Source: Lepidodermella squamata
Lineage: Eukaryota > Animalia > Gastrotricha
Assembly: GCA_047495785.1 (NCBI GenBank)
Contig: JBLDXI010000032.1
Span: forward strand, 2,170,001 to 2,234,000
DNA length: 64,000 nt
Direction: 5' to 3'
Shown: one piece after another, positions 35,960-48,533 of the stretch
Numbering within the stretch: position 1 is the stretch's first letter
How the letters are laid out: every line of letters starts with the position of its first letter
The notes under the pieces: model-generated
The model's input: the letters and a program-made list of their open reading frames with translations, nothing else
Told to the model about the DNA's origin: nothing
The model's database searches: none
Position numbers and translations under genes: made by a program

Positions 35960-36438
35960 AGTTGTGCAGAAATAAATTTACGTTAAAAATTAGAATTCAG
36001 GTGACATTAAAAATGGCAATTGCTTATCATCAGTATTTTTTGTAATAAAACCGAGTTTTGATAAAGAGCAAAACCCTCGAGAATAACCGAAAAATTACAA
36101 TTACTCGGATTTTTTAATCACCACATATTTATGATATCTCCGATCCCTGCAGGTATGTCATTTCGCCTTAGCTTCGAGACAATCGGTTCACAATATTGGC
36201 AGATATCATCCGAAAAATCATAAAATACGAAAATCACTTTCTTGATTACTTTTTCTCTTGATAATACTCGTAGTTCGCAATGAAGCTTTTACGAACGTGT
36301 GGTCAGGTCAAACTAGTAATAAATACCATTTCGCCGCGCGACCCAGCCCGTGGCAAGCAATAAAAGCCAAATGAAAGGGTAAAATAAGAAGAAATGTTCA
36401 GGCGGTCAATAATTTGTATTTTATTCCAAGGTGCTGCT

Positions 36439-36709
36439 CATAGATAAAAAAATGTAGATATGGCTCGAGTTTGATACTTCAAAATGAAATTAGTTCAAAA
36501 AAATCAAAGGGGGTGTGTTTTGAGATAAATTGAGGTGAAGTAGCCACCCGAAGTCACTTGTCACTTGCGTAGATTATGCCGTATTTTTTATAGTGATGTT
36601 GACAAGTGATTTTCAGGTCACGCGACCAAGAAGCAAAAACTCTTGATGACTCATTTCGGCACACATAAATGTACTAGCGTGTCAGATCTCTCTTTTTTAT
36701 TTATCTATG
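36439..36709. mobile_element. CATAG-terminated MITE with 8-bp TSD (P-element-like; hAT not excluded)
   Basis: catagataaa...tttatctatg flanked by exact TSD gtgctgct. Confidence 0.8.
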
Positions 36710-37283
36710 GTGCTGCTTTTGTTGGAAAAAACTGGCGGAAGTGAGGGCAGTTCAGCTGTTAGGTAATTACTTTGCAATCGCTATTATGCCGCGGAAAGTT
36801 GTTGTCAAAGCTCATTTTAGTGAAAAAGCTTGAAATGTGATGGCTACCCGCATGAAATGCAGACGGTGGTCGCGATTATCTTTTGCAAGGGTCGTTGTCG
36901 TTGCGCAACACTCAAACTCACTCAAACTTTAGCTGTCATTTTTCTCTAGAAACAACCATTTACGATTTTTACGACTAATGAGCACGAAAATAGTGATTTT
37001 TGTACCTAGAAGTGGTCTTTTGCTTTATTATTAAACATTTTCTCGTTAAACAGCAGAAGTGGAACATCTGAGTTGATTACGCTGCCGTGATCAACAAACA
37101 CGTGGTTCTTGTACAACATTCTAGTCTTGAATTTTTCATTTTCTTTCTCCGTTTCTTTGATGTTGCTCAGGCGATAATGAATGCTTCTGGTTGGAATTCA
37201 AAACACGCGTCCTAAACCGGCGACTGCTTTCATCTTTTTAAATTGCCTATAATTTTTAGAATTCTTCCTCAAATTAGTAAACG

Positions 37284-40200
37284 ATGGATCCACAGATGAG
37301 CATCAGCGATGAGCCAGAAGTTGGAAGTGGCGAAGTCCTGTCTGTAAGTTAGACCGGGATTTCTCAACAATTTTTACTTTCTAAACTGCCCATTTCAATA
37401 GGTGCTGACCTGTTCAGTTTGCCTTGGAATTTACAAAAATCCATCAATTCTGCCGCAATGTGGCCACTCATTCTGCCACGGCTGCATCGTCCAACTCATC
37501 AACAACGACCTGGTCCGCAACGGAATCGTCCAGCTACCCTGCCCTGAATGCCGAACCGTGTCGAAATTCGCCAAGGAGAACTACAAAGGCCTGCACCCGA
37601 ATACGCAGCTTGACAAAGCCATCAAATTCTACATCGAAGCGAACCCGACGAAAAAAATTCCAGCAGCCTACCCGAACCAGCCATGCCCTCATCTCGAGTC
37701 AGTCCTCGCGCCGACTGAGTGCTCGCATTGCGACCGACAATTCTGCCACGTCTGCCTGTTTCGACACATCGAGCGAGTGAGGCTCGAGGTCAATTGGGCC
37801 AACGCCAGTATTGACGAACGGTACCAGAAATCGGTCGATGAAACTTTAACTCAAAATGTTGCTCAGTTGAAGTCGAAAATCCACTGCGAAGTCGCTGAGG
37901 CGCAAAATCAGGTGAAATTGCAAGCGAAATCGTTCCTTGAAGCTGTCACAAAGGCGGTTGAAGACTACGAAAAACGAGCCTGCGAGAAAGTTGTCAATAT
38001 CGGGCAGGAGCAAGTTTCAACTATCGACCAAGCGGTTGAAGCTGTTCAAAAGAGCTATGCCGAAAAAGCAGCATTGGTGGCTAAAATTACTAAATTGAAT
38101 AACCAGTCATTGCTGTTCACCCCGGCCGCCAAGGTTATGGAAGCAGCTGGAGAAGTTCTTGATATCGATCAAAAGGTAGCTTTCGCCCTGAATCAGCAAT
38201 TAGCAATTTTTATAATTTTTGGTCCTTTTTCAGCTTTTTATTGTTGAGAAATTGCGAGATGGAAAATTCGACCCCTCAATCGCGTTTGTTGAAGACCCGT
38301 CCTTCAAAGAAATTCTAGATTCGATCGGGACGAAAGACACTCCATTCAGTTTTAATACCATCGAAACTCTGATTGAGCCAAACAAGAAAAAGGTGAGATT
38401 TTCGAATTTATTTCAATTCCTCAAATTCAATTTTTTTACATTCTTTAAGGTTTTTATTATATATTAAAGGGCCTAAATATTTCCATCATTAAAACCGAGA
38501 TTCTGGCGCAAAGTTTTACCGAATTTTTTAATTTAGCGACCTGGTATTTTAGAAAACCTTTTGAAAATAATTGACAAATCCTTTATTCACAAAATCGATA
38601 CCGGAAATCGATATCGGCCCTGTAGAATGAAGCTTGCCTTTTTAACTGATCGCAGATAGCCGAAAATTCGCGTGATAGTTAGATCAATCGGTTAGGGTCG
38701 ATACAAAAATTGGAAACTGAAAACCTTATTTTTGGGGAATTTGGTGCTTGAGCCTTGTATTAAGGGATTGCCCTTTTTTATTTTCCTAAAATTTTATTAG
38801 AATAATAGGAATTTCGATTGGCTTTCAAGTGGGTTAACTATTTTTATTTTTATTTTTATTTTTATTTTTGTAGATGATCTCTGAGCCTCAACTGCTTCAT
38901 GAAGCTTGCCAGACTGGCGATTTAGCTACCGTTTGCGAAATTTTATCCCGCTCTGCGTTGACTCGAGCCGTTCGAAAATACGCCTCAGAACATCACGGCG
39001 AGTGTATCAGCGACATTTACAAGCAGTCGCCGCTGATCGAAGCGGCCAGCAACGGACATTTCGACATTGTTCGCTTTCTTATCGATGACATCGATGCGCA
39101 TGCCATGAATCATCCGGATAACAAGGAGTTTGTCGCCATGGCCATTCAACTAGCCGCGGAGAAAGGCCATATTGATATTGTGAAATTTCTGGTCGAGGCC
39201 ACGCGACGCCGTGAAGCAATTGCGGCTGCTCCTTTGGTGCCTAAACAGGTATATGGGGGAGGCGTTAGATGTTGAAAAATAGCTCATATTTGAAAAATTT
39301 ACGGAGTTTTAGGCACGAAATCGAGCTTTTTAACCCCAGTTATCGACTTCAAAAGTCGAGCAAAGTTGAATTTCCCCGAATTATCACAGTTGAATTTCCC
39401 CGAATTATCGATAATTCGTGCAATTTTGAAATGAAATTGAACGATAAGGATTATTAGGGACGGAGCGAAACTGTAACTTTACGATGAATTTCGGAAATTT
39501 AAAGGAATATGAAAAATGGACCTAATTGAAATAGTTTTTCTTTTATAATTGATTGTATTAAACATTCAGTTATTGTCATGAGTCCTTGCCGTAACTTCGA
39601 AAATGTACCTTCGCAACAAGTTAGGCACCGCAGATAATCAGAATCAGTTCGTATAAAAAAAGATGATCAGAGTTAGGATGAAAAGTTTTAGCGGTATAGC
39701 GCTATGAAGTGTTCAAAATAATACTGAGTTGACCTTTAACGAATCAGTTCGCGGTTAACGTGTCGATCGCAGGTGTACCTGTTGTTACTTCTACTAGAGC
39801 CCAACATTCGAATGCCGAATTTCGGCTGTATGAGTTAAGGAAAAGCTAATCCGATACCATTGCATGCTTCAAGGACTATCGTCGTCGTAGCTGTCGAATC
39901 AAGTCGAGCGTTACACAGCTAGAACGGACAGAATTTGGTCAATTTCAAGAGGTATACGAAAAATTGCCATCCAAAGCCGCCGTAGCCTCAATAGGCAGCG
40001 AGTATGGTTTGACTTCGGGACCACCGAGCATGGGACAAGAATGAGTTGTCGTAGTTGTATTCGCCTGAATCTCCAAGGTCAGACTCCTAGCTGGCCCAGC
40101 CAACATTCGTGCCCTCATGCATCGGTGACTTTCGTCGTTTTCGGAATTTTCGGTCGCTGGATGACCGCTTTAACCCGGTGGAACCGGTATTTGTTGTCGT

Positions 40201-43200
40201 TTAGATTTGGAAAATTGGCTTAGATCAGAGCTGAACAAAATCAAATTAAAATAATTGAATGAGATGTTCGAAATTTTTGCTCACCGCGAACAAGAGAGGA
40301 GACCTGAGCTTCATCCAGCCCGGACAGATCATTCTTGCCGCTTGAGCTTTGCTTGAGCGATGCGGATATCGCGTTTCAGCAATCCTTGAAGTTGCTTGGT
40401 AGTTGGACGAGTACCGGAAGATTGCTCGTTGAAATCTCTTGCGATAATGTCCCAGATGGCTTGATTGGGGATGGCTTTCTGTATTTGATAGAATCCATCA
40501 TTGTATTTAGAAGGATATACACGTCCACAAATCGCGGGGTCTTGAACTGAGTAGTAATGGTTAACGCCATCAAAAGCAATGTGTGCCTGCCGCCGGATAA
40601 CTTCAGGCTCCGTCTCATCCGCCCGTAATTATTGAAATGAGTTAGCAGCATGTTCAACAACGTCCACTTGCAATCCTAACGCTGCAGCCGCGGTAGTGTC
40701 GTTATCCCCGAACTGGGTACTCGTAATCGGCCTCGCCACGAGTCGGATTGTTGAGCATGTAATTCAGTGCCGCCGATTATACCATCAACTCATTGTCATT
40801 GGTGCCGTACAGCTGACAGCAATAATCTGTCGATTATTGTTTCGAAGGTGAACGTGATAGCCGTTCGATCGCCGTTAAAAACCGGCTGTGGTTGCGAGAC
40901 GAGACGCTGCCCGTGATCTTGAAACTAGGACGCCCGTGCCACAGCTGTGACACGATTTTGTTGCGTGGAAATTGGGCCGTAGAACGAAAGAAACGCTCAA
41001 CGTATAGAATTTGAGACAAAGAAATGAACCAGAGTGAAATCTGGCGAATAATGTGGAGATTCAGTTCGGCGAGTCAAGAGGACTATAACAGGCCAATTCT
41101 TGGCAAATTCAAACAAAAAAATTGTTCAAGAATTGTACTTTCATTTTGAGTTGCGTTTAGCACCAATTTGTGAATTCTTGTTCCGTAAAAGAAGAAATTG
41201 TGAGTTAGAGTTTCATTTCGATTTACCCTCGGAATCACACAGGCGAGGCTTCATAAATTTGAATACCGTATTTTCCATTATTTATGAAAATAAACTTTGT
41301 GAATTACCCTACCTTGCGTATTTATCACTTGCGTATATTATAACTTGCGTATTAAATTTTTATAACTTGCGTATTTTTTCTACAAAATGTCGCCATACTT
41401 TATTTTTTCAACATATTTTTCAACAACTTTTATCACATTTTTGAAAAATGAGAAGAAACAAAATTTTGCGGTAGCAAAATGTCGGATGAATAGTACTGGT
41501 TGATCACCACAAGTCGGCAGCTATCGCTCTGGTTTCAACGCCTTGACCATGGGCTGGTAAAATCTTTCCATTCTGGGAAAAATGTTTTCGGGGAAAAATC
41601 AATCTCATGATCATGACTTCGGTCGTCGTGAAGAATATCGAGAATTTCCTTATGAGAAGATCCCGTTGCCGAGTTGATTTCTTGAAGTACTTGCTGAGAC
41701 CTGAGTTGATCCACATCTTCCTTGTTCAACTTATGCTTTATCCTATGGTGGTTTGCCAATCCTCTTGCGTCCGTACATTTCGCCAGCAAAAATAGTGCCA
41801 TGTTGTTTCAAATTTGAAAATGAAAAATGTTGGTTAAAATTTTGTAATAAAAATGATAAATAATGAAAATAGAAATAGGTAACTTTTTGAGAAAAAAATA
41901 CGCAAGTTATAAAAATTTAATACGCAAGTTATAATATACGCAAGCGATAAATACGCAAGGTAGGTACACCCAACTTTGTATTAGGGAGAAATTATTCCAA
42001 ATTTTATCCATCCTAAGATTTATTCTGAATTTTTCTGATGGGTGACGTTATTTAGTCGATTTAGTCACGAATCGCCGTCGCTTAACCGAATTTCTAATTT
42101 TTTTTAGAAAGAAGCTGAATCAATGGAAGTTGAGTCAGAAAAACTTCCGGAAAACGAGCAAGCTCCTGCTGTCCTTGGCTCGACCGAAAACGACTCGAAT
42201 AAGCCGAACGAAGTCGCGCGACGAAAACGCCGCCTCGAGCCCATGGCAACAGACTCCGAAAACGCCGGCGGAGAAAACCCGCCATCCAGCCCCGGAACAG
42301 CGCAAGTCATCAAGAAGCCATGCGTCAGCCTCGACGCAGCTATTCGCTCGTCGATTTCTACAAATCACATCGAAACAGCTCGGTATTTGATTGCCCAGAC
42401 CGGCGAACGGCCTGACGGAGTTTTGAGCCTAGAAATCGGTACAAAATTGCTTTGCGCCTCGTCATCGGCCGGCCATCTCGACGCAGTTCGTTATTTGATT
42501 GAAGAGCTTAAAGTTTCACCCAACCGCGAAAATGGCATTGCGATGTTTCGAACATCCGCCTTAATCTGCGCGGCTTCGAAGGGCCAGCTCGATGTTGCGA
42601 GGTATCTAGTCGAGAAGGGCGCGGATTTGATGGCGAAATCCGGCAGCCAGACTGAGCATCTAGGCATGGCGATTCACGTTTCAGCCCAATTCGGTCACGT
42701 TGAGCTGGTTCGATTTTTCATGGAGAAGAACCAGGAGTTGATTACAGCGGTAACCGGTGATGGCAAAACTGTGTTGCAGATTGCTAAGGAGCATGAGCAA
42801 ACTGCGGTTGTTGATTTGGTTCGGGCGAAGATGGCCGAGTTGGGCATTGAGGAGCCGCCTGAGACGCCGGTTGGCGCTGTCGCACTGGTTCAACCTGATG
42901 CGGCGGTTGCTGCGGGTGAGGCGATGGAAGCGAGCGATGAGGATGACGAAATGGAAGATGAGGGCGAGGTAAGATTCCATATGTAACATATTGTAATTCT
43001 GACTTTCAATGAAATTTTGAAAAAATTCAGAAATCTACCCTAATTTAACTTTTAACGTAACTTCAAACGTTGATTCAAAAGAATCATTTGCATTCCTTAG
43101 AAAAATATAGATATTAATTTAATCTTTAATTTTTTGATTTCTCGAAGAAGTTGCGCTATCACTTTTAATTTTGCAAATTGTTTTGGGAAATTAAACTAAT

Positions 43201-45334
43201 TAATTGAATTTAACCCAATTAGGGGAATCTTCGATCCTTTATCCACGATTTTACCGAAGAAATTGAAAAGTTACCCGGGGAATCTTGAAAACCCCGATTG
43301 GTAATTTTCGGTTGGATCAAATTTCTTCGGACTTTTTAATCCCATTCACAAGATTGCATAGAATTTTCTATATTTCTAAGATTTTTCTGGCGATGATATA
43401 TGACTTCCCCTCTCATTTTAGAGTTTCTGACCCCTTTCCGCGACCTTTTGGTAGGAAAATTGTCCAGTCGTCAATTTGGCTTCCAAAAAGGCAAAGGGAC
43501 ACGAGACTGTATTTTTATTCTTAGGCAAATTATAGAAAAGACCCTTGAGTATAATCGAGAGCTACACCTGGTGTTCTTGGACCTGGAAAAAGCGTACGAT
43601 CTCGTAAATAGAGATAAAGTCTGGGACGCACTGAAAAAATTCGAAATCCCGACTGATCTGATAGAAGCAGTAAAAAGTTTCTACCATAGCAATAAGGTAG
43701 CAGTAAAAATCGAAAACCAAATATCACCCTTTTTCTACGTAAGACGGGGGCTCAGACAAGGCTGCCCACTATCCCCGCTTTTATTCATTATAACTTTCAA
43801 CCTTATATGCGAACAAGTAGCAATAGCAAATGGCGGTTTTCCTCTAGGAAAAGAACGGTTAAATAGTCTAGCATTCGCTGACGACGGAACGCTAATAGGA
43901 ACTAGCAAAAAAGAGATAGCTAATTTATTACAAATTTTTGAGGAAAATTGTACAGAGTTGGGACTGAAAATTAACGTCGCCAAAACCAAGTATATGGTGG
44001 TTAAAAACGAAGAAACGGATAAACCGCCCGAAAATCCTGACGATTCCACGTTAAAAATAAACGGGGAGAATCTGGAAAGAATAAATACCTTTAAATATCT
44101 AGGAAGCATAATTAGCTCTGACGGCACTTGCACTCTGGAAATAGAAGAGAGGATGCAAAAGGCCGGGTCTTGTTTCGGGGCATTAAACAAATTCATAAAT
44201 AATAAATCGCAAGTCAGTATCCCTTCAAAAATGAAGGTCAAGCGAGCTGTAATGACTCCGACACTCCTCTACGCTTCTGAAAGTTGGAATGCAACCGCAG
44301 CTCACCAACTGAGGCTGGATGTTGTGCAGATGAGGTGGCTCAGGGCTATAGCCAACGTCACAATTATGGATAAAATCAGAAATGCTGACATAAGAAAAAC
44401 CTGTGAAGGTATAGAACCTATCTCAGCTCAAATAGAACATAACCGACTACGTTTCTTAGGACATATTCTTAGAATGAATGACGATAACCTAGTCAAGCAA
44501 ACGTACTTATGGACCCCACCCAAGGGCTGGCAAAGGAAGTTAGGCAGGCCCAGGGTAGGATGGGATTACTGTAACACTCAAAGCTTATTGCAAGCAAAAA
44601 ATCTTGAAAATTACAAAAATTTTGTAAGCGTCTATAATGAAAAATGTCTAAATTGGGACAAAATTGAGGAGACAGCTTGTGATCGGTCTAACTGGAGGGC
44701 CTTCATTCGGGAACTTTTGGCCTTCAGGTCGCAGGGAACGGAATCTACTTGACTTCTCGCTCTCGCCGTCGTTAAAACTTTATTGTATGCCTCACCAACG
44801 CAAAACGACGATAAATAAAACCAAATGATGATGATGATGATGATGATGATGACCCCTTTCCAGTTCATTTCCTTTGTTTGACTTACTTGCATGTGAGACT
44901 CGCTGTCGTTTTTTTTATTTTCCTATTCGATTCAATAGGATTTAATGATTGCCACAGACAAATTCGGGCCAAGGAGCTCTTGTCTAAGGCAATTATTTTA
45001 AAAATTTTAAACTTTTTGTTGAGAATTTTGGCATTTTGTATCCGCTAAAATCATTTTGTATCACTGCTATACGATTCTACTGAACAAAATCCGATAAAAC
45101 CCGTGTGAATAGTTCGATAATTATGGTATTTTATCTGTCTTAATTGGATTTCTTCGGATTTTTTCATTCCTTTTGCCAAGCATTTTCAGGTTTAATATTG
45201 ATATGTTTTTTCATCAATTTTTAGTTGAAATTCCTATTTCCCTGCAATATTTTATTATTTTTCCACGAATTATTCAGGAGGAAGAAGAGGAGGAAGATGA
45301 TGAAGACGATGACGACGATGATGATGTCGAATGA
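37284..45334 (+). CDS. TRIM-like RING / B-box-like / coiled-coil protein with ankyrin repeats and an acidic tail
   Basis: Six exons joined by phase-0 introns: 37284-37343, 37402-38175, 38234-38392, 38874-39248, 42108-42968, 45278-45334. RING CSVC..CGHSFCHGC..CPECR; CPH..CSHC..FCHVC..H; helical region; ankyrin SPLIEAASNGHFDIVRFLI and AASKGQLDVARYLVEKGAD; ends EEEEEEDDEDDDDDDDVE*. Confidence 0.75.
40329..40830 (-). pseudogene. Decayed OTU-like protease plus Myb/SANT-like coding remnant, antisense in intron 4 of the TRIM-like gene (probably transposon-borne)
   Basis: Minus-strand translation with stops and a frameshift: CQLYGTNDNELMV*SAALNYMLNN / QFGDNDTTAAAALGLQVDV..AHIAFDGVNHYYSV (OTU-like), then AIWDIIARDFNEQSSGTRPTTKQLQGLLKR (SANT/MADF-like). 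Confidence 0.55.
41307..41964. mobile_element. Non-autonomous DNA element with ~75-bp TIRs of cttgcgtat repeats and TA flanks
   Basis: cctaccttgcgtatttatcacttgcgtatattataacttgcgtat / atacgcaagttataatatacgcaagcgataaatacgcaaggtagg. Short internal minus-strand coding remnant at 41535-41801. Confidence 0.8.
43440..44849 (+). mobile_element. Young 5'-truncated RTE-clade non-LTR retrotransposon in intron 5 of the TRIM-like gene
   Basis: Uninterrupted RT frame (QFGF, FLDLEKAYD, GLRQGCPLSP, FADD, FKYLGS, LLYASESW, RLRFLGHILRM, GRPR). (ATG)n tail; 12-bp TSD tgacccctttcc at 43428-43439 and 44850-44861. Confidence 0.95.
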
Positions 45335-46110
45335 AGAAAAAGACTGACTCGAACTGATTTTTCTATGCATTACGCCTATCAATTTTGCTTACTATATTAC
45401 ATATCTGCTTGTAACATTCAATTGTTCATAGCTGCTCGCCAGTTCTAAAGATATCAAAACATTGATTCCAGATACCAAATAAAAAGAAATAAGAAATCTG
45501 AAGAGTTTGTTTTGTTCCAATTAGCTAACAGCTAACAATCCGGAATCCTGAAATTTGAATAAAATATCATTGGATATAAGATGCGACCATAATATTTTTA
45601 TTTTAGCTCATCGAATTATGCTTAAAATTACTCTTTTAATGAACCTTCGACTCTGTTCAAAATGAATTATTAAGGGCAAAACTTGGAATTCTGCGTCGCC
45701 TCGTTTCTCCATTTTTTGCCTATGGTATAATATGATAGCATTCTACATACCATGAGGTTAGATCATCAAGTTCAAACTTTGCTCAAGCGTGGAATAGACA
45801 AAAAAAACCGGGTTAACCTATGAGCTGGCTTATAATTTCAAATTGCACCTATAAAACTTGAATTTCTATTCGATTATTTGTTTACCGGCAGGCACGATTC
45901 CACGGGCCTTGCACGAGCGAGCAGCAAAAGGTCCGCAGAAATTTACTCCTGACTTTGTTTTGCTTTCCGTCTTTTTTGCGGATGACCATCACCGTAAAAA
46001 CCGGCGTATATATGCGCACACGCTGCTCGCGATGAGGTGTGATGTTTATTCGCGCGCGCTCGCACAGGTCAACCGGTAACACCTTGCTTTTTACCGGCAA
46101 ACAATCGCGC

Positions 46111-46118
46111 TATAAAAG
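46111..46118 (+). promoter_or_regulatory. Candidate TATA box of the Dae2-like gene
   Basis: tataaaag ~70 bp upstream of the ATG at 46180. Confidence 0.4.
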
Positions 46119-46179
46119 CCTGATTTACTTATTCCTGCTTTCCATTTTTTATTCCGCATCTTTCGGCGATACTTTTCAA

Positions 46180-46665
46180 ATGAAACTCGCAGCAATTGCG
46201 CTTTCCCTAGTCGTTTTTGTAGCTGTCGTGCCAAGCGACGTCTCAGCCTTGTATCGCTGCAACTGGGTGAAATACTACAGGTGGTACTCGCCAGTGGACA
46301 CTTTTTACCGGGCGAGGTGGAGCTCTCGAGAGGGCGAATCACTCGTGCAACACGCGTGTCGCGCTCCGTCGATTTTGCAGTGGAGACGCGGTCGGCCGGT
46401 CAAAGGCGCGACTGATATCCCTCCAGACACAGCTATTGCGAGTTTCGCGACCAATGGCCTCTACTCAGGACATGCTGGTATCTACAAGTACCAAACACCT
46501 CAAGGCATTGTGGTACGTATTTTTCTCACTATTTCTATTTAAATGTAAAATTTCGGCTTTAAGGTGGTTGATCAAACTAATTGGAAACCAGCTTCGGAAC
46601 GGCTGATCACCTGGGCGGGTCTCGGCCCGTACGATGATGCGAATACTTTCTTCGTAATCGAGTAA
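46180..46665 (+). CDS. Secreted Tae2/Dae2-like (BPSL0067-type, NlpC/P60-fold) peptidoglycan amidase homologue
   Basis: Exons 46180-46512 and 46564-46665. Signal peptide MKLAAIALSLVVFVAVVPSDVSA. Motifs LVQHAC.AP....WRRG..VKG...IPPDTAIASF...G.YSGHAGIY..Q...GI.VVDQ......R.I........N.FFVIE*. Confidence 0.8.
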
Positions 46666-47025
46666 AAATCAGCGTACAACTTATTTTAAGTGAATATCTC
46701 ATCTATGAAAACACCTGTCATTATCGTCCAATTTTTTGTGTTGATTGTGTATGTGAAATAAAATTCTTAGAACGCATTGGATGGCTTTGTTAATTGGAGC
46801 AGGGAGTTGTCACGGATGAGTTAAATTGAGCTTTATTGCCAAGACAGTCGCTGATGCGGAACCTAAGCTCCTGCTCATCCAGGCGGGTCTAAATCCTGAG
46901 GACACTGAAGTGTTGATCTAATCGCAAGTGACGCATTCCGATTGAGCCTAATTGGATAAGGTTACGCGGCTGCCATAAGAGCAGATTTTCGACAGTAAGA
47001 ATTTCATTTTCTAATTTTGTTGAAA

Positions 47026-48533
47026 ATGCCCAGATTAGGATTTATTCACCTAGCCGTAGTTTTTCACCTGTTCTCCGGTGTAATTTCAAGTGGCAATGGG
47101 ACTACCGGTTTTCGGAAGAACAACGAAGCCAGGCTGATTGAGGATCTAATTCGCACATATAAGGTCTCGCCCAATTTATAACATCAATTTTTGAAAATTA
47201 TCTGAAATTTGAAGCACCGTGGAGCCGGGTTGGCAAGACCTGTCGAGGACACCAATTCAAAGCTGATAATCCATGCTAAATTCATCATCCACGAATATAC
47301 TGGAATTCAAGACGTTACGAAGAGCATGAAACTGTCAGGTTTACTCAAAACGAGCTGGAAGGATGCTTACCTCAGTAAGTTTTTTCTTAAGGCGGATTTG
47401 CGCTTACCTTATCTTCTTTTTCGACAGACTGGGACCCTGCACAGTACGGCGGACTTGATGTAATTCCCCTTCGAGGTGAGGACATCTACCTGCCCGTGAT
47501 AATACGCAGTTCGAATGCTGCTGAAATGACGCCAATCTTCGCTCGAGAATCAGGAATGCCATCTCTGATTTGGGTTGACTACAAAGGAAACGTACACGCC
47601 ACAACAGCCGGAGCTTTCAAAACTGACTGCCAACTTGACCTAACGCTTTTCCCATTCGACAAACAGACTTGCGAGTTCGTGTTTCAAGTCTGGCAGCACT
47701 CGGAACAGTATATCCAGATTAGGATCGACCCAACCGAAGCGTTTCGCCTTAAACTCGGGTCCAGTGGTGCTCAGGCTATGTGGACCATTGACAAACTACG
47801 CGCAAGTGAGCGACTCGTCGAACTTGAACTCGCCAACTTTTCGGCGGTTGCTTACACCGTGGAAACATCCCGCCGACCGACCTACTACATTTGGAATCTT
47901 CTAGTACCATGTATGCTACTGTCCTCCGTTCAGCTCGCGGCTTTCTTCATGCCATATCGTCCTGAGCGGGTCATGTTCGCCATCACACTTGTGTTGTCGC
48001 TACATCTGTTCCAAGACTCAGTCGCCAGGCAACTACCAGCAACTGCTGAGCCCATTCCTATACTGAAATACACTGGATCGCAGATGATCATTGGTATATT
48101 GGTAACCTTGGAGAGTGTGTTGACGATCTACGTACTCGAGCGCCTTGGCAAGCAGGAAGTTCCAGCATGGCTTGCTAGCATTCAAATGTGTCTTGGTAGG
48201 ACCTTTCACACTGAGCAGGCAGCTGAGAATGACGAAAATACTCCAGCCAATCCGGTCCGATCTGAAGTTTTCAAACAGAATGAGCCGTTGAAAGGTCAAC
48301 TCTCAAAGAGTGCTAGTGAAGCTTTTCTGCCAATGAAAGAACCAGATGAAATGCTGAAAGCTAACAACCTCCTCAGTGTACCTGGAGGTTTACCCCGCAA
48401 GGCTTCTCAAGACAAACCGATTGTCCACAAAGTTGTCTGGCGCGAGACCATCCTGGCTTTCGATAAAGCTGCTTTCGTCGCCTGCTTTGCTGCGACTATT
48501 GCAATCCCGGCTTCTGTCATCACGATTATCTAA
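47026..48533 (+). CDS. Cys-loop ligand-gated ion channel subunit 1 (divergent nAChR-like)
   Basis: Exons 47026-47163, 47215-47374, 47428-48533. Signal peptide, EARLIEDL, RPV, WKDAYL.WDP..YGG, Cys-loop CQLDLTLFPFDKQTC, RRPTYY, four TM segments. Confidence 0.92.

Noticed and set aside
43400-43439. ATG-initiated 450-aa RT ORF as a complete or domesticated gene
   Set aside because: The first 13 codons are flanking DNA and TSD that happen to be in frame. The element is 5'-truncated and lacks the endonuclease.
46796-46877. Terminal stem gagcagggag / ctcctgctc suggesting a snoRNA or other ncRNA
   Set aside because: No convincing, correctly placed C/D or H/ACA boxes; the short stem could be chance.
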